Origin: an uncultured virus (IMG/VR IMGVR_UViG_3300020045_008339)
Taxonomy: Duplodnaviria > Heunggongvirae > Uroviricota > Caudoviricetes
Direction: 5' to 3' (one strand)
IMG/VR virus record: IMGVR_UViG_3300020045_008339
Length of the DNA stretch: 20,000 bases
Part shown: positions 9,001 through 14,490 of the stretch, piece by piece
Numbering within the stretch: position 1 is the first letter of the stretch
How the letters are laid out: the number at the start of each line of letters is the position of its first letter
Translations under genes and position numbers: made by a program
Notes under the pieces: generated by a model
Database searches by the model: none
The model's input: only the letters and a program-made list of their open reading frames with translations
What the model was told of the DNA's origin: nothing

Positions 9001-11307
9001 TCCAAGCATAACCTTATCGGCAATGGCAGTAATTGGGATGGGTACAAGTTCCTCCGCAGATTCTTCGGCAATAACAGAGAGAGCAGTCTTGCTACCTGCT
9101 TTTAGGCCATCAAGTATAGCACCCTGCAAACCCTTAGCCTTAACTGCTGCTTCAAAAGTTTTGAAAGTGACATTTTCGCCAGCTTCCAGTATTCCCTTCC
9201 CGAATATTTTGCCAGTAAGGTTGGCTGGTGATAAAATGTTTTCAGATAAACCTTGTGGCAATGAAGTAATAAAAGCATAACCATGCCTCACTTTTTCATC
9301 GCTGGTATATTTTGATGCATTCTGGTACCCCTGTTCGTAAGCCGCCAATGTTCCTGCTGCTGTAGTAGTAGAGAACTGCAACGCCTTTTCAAGTTTCTGG
9401 TACTTGCTCAAAGCAGCCTGTGTTTCTTCTACAATCTGTGCAGCCCTAGTCATACCGTCAACACCTTTCAATGCTCCTGCACCCTTAACTATAGCCTTAC
9501 CTGCTGCAAGTTCTGCACCAAGTGTAACAGGAGCATTGAAAGCACCAAGTCCCATAAAATTACCAGTGGACGTACCAATGGTATTCAGTACACTTTCATA
9601 GTTGAAATTAAAATGGTTCTTGCCATCAGCACCTTTCTGCAAAAGTTTTTGGTTCTCTGGGATGAAGCCGTAGTTTTCCAAACGGTTCTGTATAAGTTCA
9701 TTTGTCTTGTCAGCATAAGCCTTTGACGCAAATATCCTATTAGCACCCTGCCCAATACCAGACCACACATCATCAATACCAGAAGCTACGTTGGATATAA
9801 AACCCTTAACCCTGATAGGGTCAGCACCAGTGTTCCAACCGATACCCATTTGCTCCTTGTAGTTCTTCTGTATATCCTTCGCTTCATCAATAGTAATAGG
9901 GTCGCCCTTTGCGTTCATTGTCTTAACAATCGCTTCCAAATCTTCATCACTGGCACTTGTACCAAAAATACTATGTAGCATTCTCCTTCCATAACCAACT
10001 GCTGGCACACCTGGTACTGCAATATTCGATTCAACAGCATATTCAATCTGCCTACGGTTGGCAAGCTGGTTAATCATGTTTATACGCTGCTGTCTTTTTA
10101 CCAATTCAGGAAAGTTCTTTTTGAAAGTTCCATCAATACCCTTCATAGTGCCTTCATATTCTTTCAGGGAATCAAAATATGAGGAAATATTTTTGTCGGC
10201 AAGCAGGGTATTCAATTTTTGAAGTTCTGCTACCGTTACCTGTGGCTTGCCGCCTGTTTTAAATGCCGCCGCATCTGCTTCACGCTTCATCATCAATGTT
10301 TGTGCCTCCGCTAATTTCTTAGGGTCGGCCATCCTGATTTTTTCCGCCAGATCATCCTGCATAAAACCCATTACAGCATCCCTGCCATCCATCCAGTTCC
10401 TTGCCTGTAAGGTTTGCTTTGTTTCAAGTTCGTTGTTTGTTTTAGCAACATTCAAAGCAGTGATCTTAGCTGTATCGTCAGATACTTTATTGTCGCCCAA
10501 CAACTGCCTCTTGAGTACGCCAACCTTCATAATGGCATCCTTGTCCATAGTGATAGGTACACCTTTGAAAACCTGTTTTGTAATAGCCTTGTTACTAACT
10601 TGGGATATTGATTTTTTTAGGTCATCAAGGTATTTTTGCTTCTCTTTTTGTACGGCATCTATAGCTGGGTCTATTTGCACACGCATAGCAGCACCTTCAT
10701 AACCACCAGAGGGGATGTGTAACTTCTTTTTTTCTTCAAGCTCTACTATTTCTTCCGTAAGAGCTTTTATCCTTTCGTTAGCATAATTTTTTATTACACC
10801 AAAATCATCGCCGCCAGTAATTTGCCTACGGCGATATTCCTTCTCATCCTGTTTATTGGGCATGTGGCCACCAGCAATACCTGTATTTTGAATTTGCTGG
10901 ATAGCGGAGATAGAAAATTTGTCTGTTGGTTTTTGTTGGCTAGAAATGCCATCTATGGAGAAACGATTCCAGTTATCGTAATCCTGTTCAAGGAACGATT
11001 TGGCTTTCTGTGTTTCATCTTCTTTTTTAGCAGCAAAAGTATCATCAACTTTTTTAGCTACAGCAGTTCCGCCACCTGCTTTTTCAATCAGCTTCGATTC
11101 CGCTTCCTTTTCTGCCAATAAGTCTAAAGAGGAAATCTTTGAAGAGCCACCAGTAGAAGGCTGGTCGCCAGTTTTTTTTTTTTGAGTTTCTCCAAGCAAT
11201 TCTAATGTGGAAGGTTTGCCCTCCGCTTGCTCAATCAGGTTCTTATCACTGATACTTTCATTGATAAGGTCGAGAGAACTTGGTTTCGGTCTTGTTGCTT
11301 TTGACAT
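1..11307 (-). CDS. Giant polyvalent virion/ejection-type protein (DarB-like): zeta-toxin-like kinase + N6-adenine DNA methyltransferase + SNF2-like helicase; >=3769 aa, truncated by the left window edge
   Basis: ATG at 11307-11305, 2 nt after the stop of the 579-aa gene, starting MSKATRPKPSSLDLINE. The same frame was open wherever I translated it and reads ...EVQKLNESFTAWQRKKYSAE at position 1. The track lists no stop-terminated ORF in this frame. Motifs GGPGVGKS, FLEPSAGKGNF, NVPFG, DHIVGSGKT, DESQ, SGTP and QRNGRFER are all in this frame. Confidence 0.93.
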   Translation of the reverse strand, partial: MSKATRPKPSSLDLINESISDKNLIEQAEGKPSTLELLGETQKKKTGDQPSTGGSSKISSLDLLAEKEAESKLIEKAGGGTAVAKKVDDTFAAKKEDETQKAKSFLEQDYDNWNRFSIDGISSQQKPTDKFSISAIQQIQNTGIAGGHMPNKQDEKEYRRRQITGGDDFGVIKNYANERIKALTEEIVELEEKKKLHIPSGGYEGAAMRVQIDPAIDAVQKEKQKYLDDLKKSISQVSNKAITKQVFKGVPITMDKDAIMKVGVLKRQLLGDNKVSDDTAKITALNVAKTNNELETKQTLQARNWMDGRDAVMGFMQDDLAEKIRMADPKKLAEAQTLMMKREADAAAFKTGGKPQVTVAELQKLNTLLADKNISSYFDSLKEYEGTMKGIDGTFKKNFPELVKRQQRINMINQLANRRQIEYAVESNIAVPGVPAVGYGRRMLHSIFGTSASDEDLEAIVKTMNAKGDPITIDEAKDIQKNYKEQMGIGWNTGADPIRVKGFISNVASGIDDVWSGIGQGANRIFASKAYADKTNELIQNRLENYGFIPENQKLLQKGADGKNHFNFNYESVLNTIGTSTGNFMGLGAFNAPVTLGAELAAGKAIVKGAGALKGVDGMTRAAQIVEETQAALSKYQKLEKALQFSTTTAAGTLAAYEQGYQNASKYTSDEKVRHGYAFITSLPQGLSENILSPANLTGKIFGKGILEAGENVTFKTFEAAVKAKGLQGAILDGLKAGSKTALSVIAEESAEELVPIPITAIADKVMLGKDTTPGELGNSMLETFVQTAIGTMGLGFGAGMRRGRDRSNILKESLFEAGMNPDTYRAYFNKSLATGEITQEEADRNIRAVNTMEKIVSKMPTTKIRDGVEVPLTQKEAATLAAQEYRIRHNNKLIADEPLQSQIDIINQDTEEALAIQNAIINPSANRNVGVADDDVKVVAQSAADKIDGRRNDIATILASEEVRGTELVDSFLDSFTPEELEIITERPEELPIDDTSLIAGVNSIIRGEPEDISNPIELNPEDTSANPGDESVKQSLLDFNSSTDVEKKAKIEQLKENINLLEKALTKFKGGVEYKDGGKKSDIQDQLDTSRKLLEHISSSKTNSHGRNQTQNGQRQQQSESDSDQEARRSQQQLPNQEPSNQNGRGKDGGQQKGPLEKTEGGAGNGTPSSVSKAEDLLDDILSNENDATISTLMNLRDEHRRTPANATKKLSQIEKQANDLANQIGATIKYTDTIRTRSGKGGKRNFDIVDEAGVKMKRPSVKMESDTSKRAGLENRSEEFQSFYNSFLPQLERSLNDSDKFEPKVDLGIPATYVRSGLKAIAKRKPNAHSFDVLDALEGQYNSGYIDFVQRAGKTNNRIGVPIEAYMDIQEEAAEVVDEMPEDELLVWGEFEPQRAFDEIPEQWPVNFEAFMTERFDEGFDNEFFPENFQEDYKANREEFDEQFAAAFPDEVIDNIKALIDETTDNDIQGEQEDDTVLPDDGKVPEGSKENTDGKPVGDGNEKTKGQKFLLTEGQHNEVVDNYLASFEGVADPDKIRTFIPDYDAAFPEKYNYDMAVILNSVYDKLITSPDYDAVSFVIGGPGVGKSSVMTGAKADRSFVWDGVFTDNEKLVTFVEKATGNGKAVHVNLVYNVPTQAFANIIKRYHKGKDRRVVRLEYFIRATNAQDGRIDFLKQFPDVSVVVFDNSENNNKPVILESSEGEKLQFGLTESQQAEIKNLIENDNELNDTEKQLFLAGWVGENISTDKGEKQPEETGGQGSLEGTGGELEGDTAEQEVSRLSGLTNEEKAVMAMIDEKQKQLATAEKKLKTKIKSLEKTISNSTPDLFGATAEGNANEKLFSAEIDLTQREVATKREKGAVQKIKNELNSLYKQLERIQGKPSAQTEMFEEGEYKFVAPPLVEMLDRNVSAINEVNDEFIAEHQGKVEPLQKELKELVSQQKATRNKDEKKELELAAQAIQKRIDQIDMAAQDAQEAQHLLFFDYMQRRAAQEGLPNGDELVAEMVADVYNTIYERPGIEWAWQEKLDSVVSGVLANYQEGNKIDALDILKSPDVDTIADFVKQEFLSTRDFDYLPKYLYTMVNNFVTRNFEGLVNDSSVTGAWNNRYYSQPLERILGIELPSEARSKAEKQNLMVLFEKRYDEIFKPNDDGTLQGDTEQSGGSGKSGNRRNDAAKPDKGLQKTTVRPTERGGKTDSNSTESGEGVQPENGNADSIRTEPIGGEGNSLAGNNAAVRLMNYTIPTDFKEQSTWNKNIMFNNNIEALKLLFDLESTGRLANPDEQSVLAKYVGFGGLKEILLDPAEKGWKEIDERYRDKVQAVHDAIKLFDPTGAKGLLKGIKAGVLNAHFTPHVVTKSIWHGLALAGFKGGSFLEPSAGKGNFIAAMPQAMSSNSEITAVEIDELTGRLLKQLYPLADVHIKGLQDARLPENHYDIVVSNVPFGSTSVFDPMFASKDKRYQSASKSIHNYFFAKGLDLVRPGGVVAFVTSKGTMDSSKSQETRELIAEQGEMIGAIRLPDTTFKAAAGTEVVADIIFIRKYDIGETKILDQSFVKSKSTTINGTPVSYNSYFHINPDMMLGKVELGGLYSNDSFNLSGKGVDLESAINTAIGKIFTKELFTEEQKQKNERVKKETSDYVNNEEYDKIGNIVVLPSGDVGRVTGDIYKDEELDAKAWAAGINPDRIRDGVVDSEKLESVGLSADMFNIRAVEKLRLGKEQREKAPLFTKIRAFVNKLFYQELNGYNDFAVTNTRKALKGVYDDFVKQFGRLNAKDNYTLVKQDADQWTILALEKKDESGRYVPSDVFTQRTIKPVKKLDKVDNVHDAILVSLEEFGNLNLHRIGELLGKSAEQVLIDETREGGAIFEQPNNTFVSREEYLSGNVKQKLQEAKDARMEHNVSELQKVQPADIEAIDIYSPMNARWLPTAFLKQFLQHVMSDNSLMIRYSRSNDSYTVSMSESAKSDAFSTSRKKASWIVEHALNGIEPIVKYTDREGKTYIDETDTAVAKDNYKKLRNLWDQWKYEDETIRNNIQEVYNKVYNTTILRQYDGSHLQLPGMLGFELRPHQKDGVWRFVTTKGGIADHIVGSGKTLMMIATAMEGRRLGVFKKPLITGLKSQIPQFAAEFRKAYPLAKILFPSQNDFKPENRKRLLSQIATNDWDAIILTHENLNAIPMPVEIQVKLIDELCSEIEDEMRGITDKKELKGLENRLSNYRQRIANLKNVKKDEDILDFSQLGIDFMMVDESQEFKNLEFITKKRNVRGLGNMIGSKRAFNMLISCRYLQNLNGGDKGILFASGTPISNTMAELYLLFKYLRPNKMLELGIRTFDQWAALFAEDFTDLEYYMGRFKEVSRFRQFVNLPELITMYQEIADVRNANNIVLDRPKAIHTLVKIEPTNSQLEYIGMLQEYIATKGNAYKETLGLENGYDEQKGVNPSYAVLATTFAKKLSVDPRLIDADAGEGSKIEAAARNILEEYVDSTPYKGTQLVFCDLGTPKTKDQVTNLYNFLEDEGMLSDTEMIEVFGESFGEGGKKPALSQIKTKLLAKEDDGTGKYLDITEADFDNLVREANTAVRFDVYNALKKSLIELGIAPEEIEFIHDHDSRSKREKLYERVNNGDVRVLIGSTRKMGVGVNVQKRVIAGHHLDITWKPADLEQRNGRFERQMNIMAKMHRDNKVQAYYYATERTLDASMYELVNTKAKFIAQLKLGGAIQRRMKDIAEDDVDMGAMAAELSGDPIFKKKAVLTKEVQKLNESFTAWQRKKYSAE
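170..2170 (-). other. SNF2-like (SF2) helicase domain of the giant protein
   Basis: LRPHQKDGV, Walker A DHIVGSGKT (~2032-2058), Walker B variant MVDESQEFKNL (DESQ at 1564-1575), motif III ASGTPISNTMAELY, TQLVFCDLGTP, GSTRKMGVGVNVQ, motif VI LEQRNGRFERQ. Boundaries are approximate. Confidence 0.9.
3560..4590 (-). other. N6-adenine DNA methyltransferase domain of the giant protein (DarB/methylase-helicase type)
   Basis: LAKYVGFGGL, NAHFTPHVV, SAM-binding FLEPSAGKGNF (~4156-4188), AVEIDELTG, catalytic DIVVSNVPFG (NVPF at 3976-3987), IHNYFFAKGLDLVRPGGVVAFVTS, GAIRLPDTTFKAAAGTEVVADIIF. Boundaries are approximate. Confidence 0.9.
4587..4850 (-). CDS. Nested +1-frame small helical protein, TnpV-like (87 aa), inside the giant ORF
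   Basis: MAHYKVIQNSQEEAESLGTDGTMLLNLIKDYKKPLYDQLKGEGKLIATVQKAEKEYSQKMEMLIASGLNQSEAREIAWPETTQQFGL. The start context AAACCAAACGACG-ATG has A at -3, -6, -12 and -13. The host frame here is a disordered G/N/E/T/S linker. The track starts this ORF further upstream at 4889. Confidence 0.65.
   Translation of the reverse strand: MAHYKVIQNSQEEAESLGTDGTMLLNLIKDYKKPLYDQLKGEGKLIATVQKAEKEYSQKMEMLIASGLNQSEAREIAWPETTQQFGL
5949..6134 (-). CDS. Nested +1-frame helical peptide (61 aa) directly downstream of the zeta-like domain; candidate antitoxin
   Basis: A-rich start context CCTAATAGAAA-ATG. Amphipathic sequence SLLDGLERISLQIKEK...EALKELVENSKEIQ. The host frame is linker-like (TDKGEKQPEETGGQGSLEGTGGELEGD). 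Confidence 0.5.
   Translation of the reverse strand: MTTNLTTQKNNSSLLDGLERISLQIKEKNNQRKQGDKEALKELVENSKEIQQNRKSVGYLD
6200..6740 (-). other. Zeta-toxin-like P-loop kinase domain of the giant protein
   Basis: Walker A VSFVIGGPGVGKS (6538-6561), followed by FVWDGVF, AVHVNLVYNVPTQAFANIIKRYHKGKDRRVV and VVVFDNS. This resembles the zeta/AAA_33-like nucleotide kinase pattern. Confidence 0.65.
6738..6917 (-). CDS. Nested +1-frame basic helical peptide (59 aa) between the acidic segment and the zeta-like domain
   Basis: MKQPTTTFKANRRTIPFYQMMVKFPKEVRKTLMANLLAMATKKLKDKSSSLPKDNITKL with AT-rich upstream sequence. The host frame is a linker (DIQGEQEDDTVLPDDGKVPEGSKENTDGKPVGDGNEK). Confidence 0.45.
   Translation of the reverse strand: MKQPTTTFKANRRTIPFYQMMVKFPKEVRKTLMANLLAMATKKLKDKSSSLPKDNITKL
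7833..7988 (-). CDS. Nested +1-frame small basic K/G/S/P-rich peptide (51 aa)
   Basis: MAGIKPKMGKGSSSPKATVTKKPGGPSSSYPTKNPATRMVGGRTGGSKRGH*, with no acidic residues. Start context CAAAAACCAACAGTC-ATG. The host frame is a Q/N/G/R-rich linker. It falls below the ORF-track length cutoff. Confidence 0.45.
   Translation of the reverse strand: MAGIKPKMGKGSSSPKATVTKKPGGPSSSYPTKNPATRMVGGRTGGSKRGH
11172..11183 (-). repeat. A12 homopolymer (T12 on +) near the start of the giant ORF
   Basis: Coding strand reads CAA AAA AAA AAA ACT (QKKKT) at codons 42-46. Confidence 0.95.
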
Positions 11308-11309
11308 AT

Positions 11310-13049
11310 TTATTCGTTGTCGTCTGTTATAGCTGATTGGTCGTCCTTGTTTGTTACTTTATTGTTCAGTGCCTTTGCTGACTGAAAAGTTGAAATCCTA
11401 GTACCTGTACCGTTTGCACCTTTCAATTCACCATCCTGATAACCACCTTGGTCAACAAGTTTCTGAATATAATCCGTCACCTTAATACCTGCTCTCAAAG
11501 CATCTTTAGCAAGTTCTGCTTTTGTATATCCATGCCACTTGCCTTGCTTATCCTTCATCCACCAATTATCAAGCGGCTTGAAATAATACCCCGGCTTCGT
11601 TGATTCAACACCAGATTTACCCTTAACAGGTAAATCTGTTTTTAACGGTTCCAATGGAATTGTCTTACCATCCTTGCCAACACCACCAAGCATTGCTTTC
11701 ACTGTTGGTGTTAAATCATCTGCCGCCACGAACAAATTACCAAACTGCGTTTTCTGAACCTTGCTCAACACTTCGTTGAAAGGATTGTTAGCCATTATTT
11801 CATCATCCTTTGGTCCAAGAGCATCTGTTTTGGCCCTGTAGTACCCAGCCATTGCTAATGACTTCCTTCTGTTTGCTGCCGCATCCTCATTCAGCTTGTT
11901 TACTTCCGCATTGCCCTTCTTAAGTTTTTCATCAGCTTCAAACCTTTCCTTGTCGAAAGACGATAAAGCACCTTCCTTGTACTCATGGGCAATATACATT
12001 GCTTTTTGAAAATCTTCCCTTGTAAATTCATTATCTAAAATAGGGTTACCATTACTATCAAGCCTTACCTTCTCAAATTTCTTCCCATCTGGCCTGTGCT
12101 TATTAGCTTTATCTATAACATCGTTCCATTGGCCATACTCCTTAACCTTGTCCTTGTATGAACGGGGGTTATTCAAAAGTTCATCGGTATATTGTTGAAG
12201 GACATTCTTCGCAACCTCACCATGGCCATCAACCAAAGTTTCATTATAGGTTTTTTCAAGTTCATCAAGGTTCGTGTGTACCTCTGTCTTGTTGTAATAC
12301 TTGGCTAACGGGTCGTTTGACTTTGCAGGTGCAGGAGTACCGACGCCAGAAACAACGGGCTTTGCCCCTTTTACTGTAGAAGTTGTTGTAGTGGTTTTTG
12401 CAGGAGCACCACCTTTCGCTGTAGTAGTAGTTTTTGTGGTTTGAGGAATCTGTACCTCTTGCCCATCAGATGTTGTCATACCGATTGGCTTAAAGAAAAG
12501 TTCCCTGTTCATGGTAGGGTCTTCCTTATAAGGCTCATACAGTTCAGAAGTATTCTGCTTCAATCTTTCACGCTGGCCATTCACATGGTCAATAGCTTTT
12601 TTCCTAGCCTCTGGGCCCTTTATTTTGGATGCTGCGGCCAAATCCTCCGTAATTGTCTTGTAGTTTGTCTTGGCATAAGCATTGAACTCGTTGAACTCAC
12701 GGATATTTTTTTGTACGGCGGCAAACGCTTCACGGTCTTCAAGAATAGCAGGGTTCTTAATCAACTGTTCAGTAATTAAATCTATTTTGTCCCTTGCTTC
12801 TTTTTGGTTCTCTGGCAGTAGTTTATCGAAGTCTGTTTGCTGGTTGGCAATCATACCAAACACCTTGTCCCTGTCAGCAATCTTCTGGGCATGGTTCATA
12901 TCGGCCACTTGGTTACGCCTCCTGTTAAGGGCATCCAATGATGCTACGGCAGGAGCAAAGCTGCCTGTGCCCAATTCAAATGTTGCACCGCCAGAAGAAC
13001 CTGCGGCCAAGTCACCATTACCTTGATAATTTAAAATATCTGCTGGCAT
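11310..13049 (-). CDS. Putative internal virion/DNA-ejection protein (579 aa)
   Basis: Long ORF with A-rich start context, charged helical composition and an internal T/K/P-rich linker. It lies between a small ejection-like gene and the giant gene, matching the small-medium-large order of podovirus ejection genes. Confidence 0.6.
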   Translation of the reverse strand: MPADILNYQGNGDLAAGSSGGATFELGTGSFAPAVASLDALNRRRNQVADMNHAQKIADRDKVFGMIANQQTDFDKLLPENQKEARDKIDLITEQLIKNPAILEDREAFAAVQKNIREFNEFNAYAKTNYKTITEDLAAASKIKGPEARKKAIDHVNGQRERLKQNTSELYEPYKEDPTMNRELFFKPIGMTTSDGQEVQIPQTTKTTTTAKGGAPAKTTTTTSTVKGAKPVVSGVGTPAPAKSNDPLAKYYNKTEVHTNLDELEKTYNETLVDGHGEVAKNVLQQYTDELLNNPRSYKDKVKEYGQWNDVIDKANKHRPDGKKFEKVRLDSNGNPILDNEFTREDFQKAMYIAHEYKEGALSSFDKERFEADEKLKKGNAEVNKLNEDAAANRRKSLAMAGYYRAKTDALGPKDDEIMANNPFNEVLSKVQKTQFGNLFVAADDLTPTVKAMLGGVGKDGKTIPLEPLKTDLPVKGKSGVESTKPGYYFKPLDNWWMKDKQGKWHGYTKAELAKDALRAGIKVTDYIQKLVDQGGYQDGELKGANGTGTRISTFQSAKALNNKVTNKDDQSAITDDNE

Positions 13050-13061
13050 AATTTATTTTTA

Positions 13062-13850
13062 TTACCTACCATAACTGCCAGTTTCAAACATACCCCTCAT
13101 GTTCATTCCTCCAATAGGAAGGATGCCCAGGTTGTTGAGCATTTCGTTTGAACGTGGTGTGTAATTTATCTGTGGCGTAGTGGTGGACATGAAAGGTACT
13201 CTGTTAGGGTCTAGGTTTAGTTTTGGCATCTTGGCTAACGGTTGTGGCTGTGTCCATCCATTCGTAGGTGCAGTCGCTGTACCCATCGGTCTTGCTTCAC
13301 CTGCTGTGGGTGCAAGTTTTGCTGTTTCCATTCCTGCCCAAGAACCGATAGCGGCATTTGCTCCACTAAAAACATCCTGATTACCTTCCCTTGAGAGGCT
13401 GGATGCTTCCCTAGCCCTGTCAGCCCAAGGAGCATACTTGTTTATTCCCCAAACCTTATCCTGTTCTTCTGCAAGTTTTTCATTGCTCCGAACAAGCATA
13501 TTAATATTCCTGAACTTGGCCTCGTCTTCCGCAAAAGCCATCTTGCTTGCACCAGTATTGTAATCATCGTAAATGTCCCCAATCATGTTTGGGTTGCCAC
13601 CAGACTTGAGTATAGCATCAATGGAGGCTGTTAAAGCTCTATCGCTGTTTGTTGTGAAAAGTTGTTTCGCACTATCAGAAAGACCAGAACCAGCCCTGCT
13701 TTCAGATAAAGCCTGATTGTCCAATATAGGTTTTGCTATCTGGGCTTCTGGACGGATGTTCTTTTCAGCCATCCTTTTGGCTTTACCTTTTTTGATAAAA
13801 CCATTAACGGCCTGTCCAACTCCCAAAGCTGCTGTTGCTATTAGTGGCAT
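13062..13850 (-). CDS. Putative small DNA-ejection/pilot protein (T7 gp14-like organisation, 262 aa)
   Basis: Hydrophobic Gly/Ala N-terminus MPLIATAALGVGQAVNG followed by a basic KKGKAKR patch, a helical middle, a second Gly/Ala segment (VFSGANAAIGSWAG) and a low-complexity tail. Confidence 0.6.
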   Translation of the reverse strand: MPLIATAALGVGQAVNGFIKKGKAKRMAEKNIRPEAQIAKPILDNQALSESRAGSGLSDSAKQLFTTNSDRALTASIDAILKSGGNPNMIGDIYDDYNTGASKMAFAEDEAKFRNINMLVRSNEKLAEEQDKVWGINKYAPWADRAREASSLSREGNQDVFSGANAAIGSWAGMETAKLAPTAGEARPMGTATAPTNGWTQPQPLAKMPKLNLDPNRVPFMSTTTPQINYTPRSNEMLNNLGILPIGGMNMRGMFETGSYGR

Positions 13851-13854
13851 ACTG

Positions 13855-14301
13855 TTAAGTGCTTAATACTGTTATTGATTTTGCTACAATGGCCATTCCG
13901 TTTTTTTGAAGCCATTTTATAGCCCTTTCATTATACGAAAACAAATATACTTGAAAGTCGTTCCCTACAATTGATTTTATGTTTTCAAAGAAAACAGACG
14001 AGTACGTTTTTCTGTATGCCTTGTTGAGGGCAAAACTTATGAGCAACCTGTTATTTACGTCATATACAAAATATCCAATAGGTATTTCGTCAATTGATCT
14101 TTTATGATAAACGATATAAGCACCAACACCCCCGTTAGTATAACTCTGTATTTTCTCACATACATTCCAAGCAGCCTCTTCAAGTGTCTTAACATTGGCA
14201 TCTTTATCAAACAATTCAAGCAAAGCATAATCACCTTCAAAAGATAACCTGATATATTTTAGCAAGTCGTACTTATGGACTGCTCTTGTAGTCATTTTCA
14301 T
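13855..14301 (-). CDS. GNAT-family acetyltransferase-like protein (148 aa)
   Basis: PIGYFVY...LISFALNKAYR and C-terminal NERAIKWLQKNGM match GNAT motifs. Its position just before the ejection genes is like that of T7 gp13-type genes. Confidence 0.7.
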   Translation of the reverse strand: MKMTTRAVHKYDLLKYIRLSFEGDYALLELFDKDANVKTLEEAAWNVCEKIQSYTNGGVGAYIVYHKRSIDEIPIGYFVYDVNNRLLISFALNKAYRKTYSSVFFENIKSIVGNDFQVYLFSYNERAIKWLQKNGMAIVAKSITVLST

Positions 14302-14310
14302 AAAAATATT

Positions 14311-14490
14311 TTACAATTCAAATTCACCATCTTCATTTACTTCCCCATCATCATCTGCCAGTTCCTCTATACCGTCGTCTTCATCATCACCCAGCATGGA
14401 GAAGTTTGTCCTAACAGTGTCCCTCAAGCACCTGCCTTTCTCAAAGCAGTATTCAGGAACTTGACAAAGCTGGCAGCACTCTGTTACCAT
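14311..14490 (-). CDS. Unannotated 59-aa microprotein with a Cys-rich head and an acidic tail
   Basis: MVTECCQLCQVPEYCFEKGRCLRDTVRTNFSMLGDDEDDGIEELADDDGEVNEDGEFEL*. The ATG overlaps the end of the upstream gene, the stop lies 9 nt before the GNAT start, and the ORF fills the only sizeable intergenic gap. Confidence 0.8.
   Translation of the reverse strand: MVTECCQLCQVPEYCFEKGRCLRDTVRTNFSMLGDDEDDGIEELADDDGEVNEDGEFEL

Noticed and set aside
9102..9776. Alternate-frame ORFs 9102-9284 and 9585-9776
   Set aside because: The host frame looks like normal structured protein here and the peptides are M/L/R-rich shadow sequences.
1..11307. Alternative genetic code or stop-codon readthrough to explain the apparent 11-kb gene gap
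   Set aside because: The frame is open in the standard code, and the gap is an artefact of the ORF running off the window edge.
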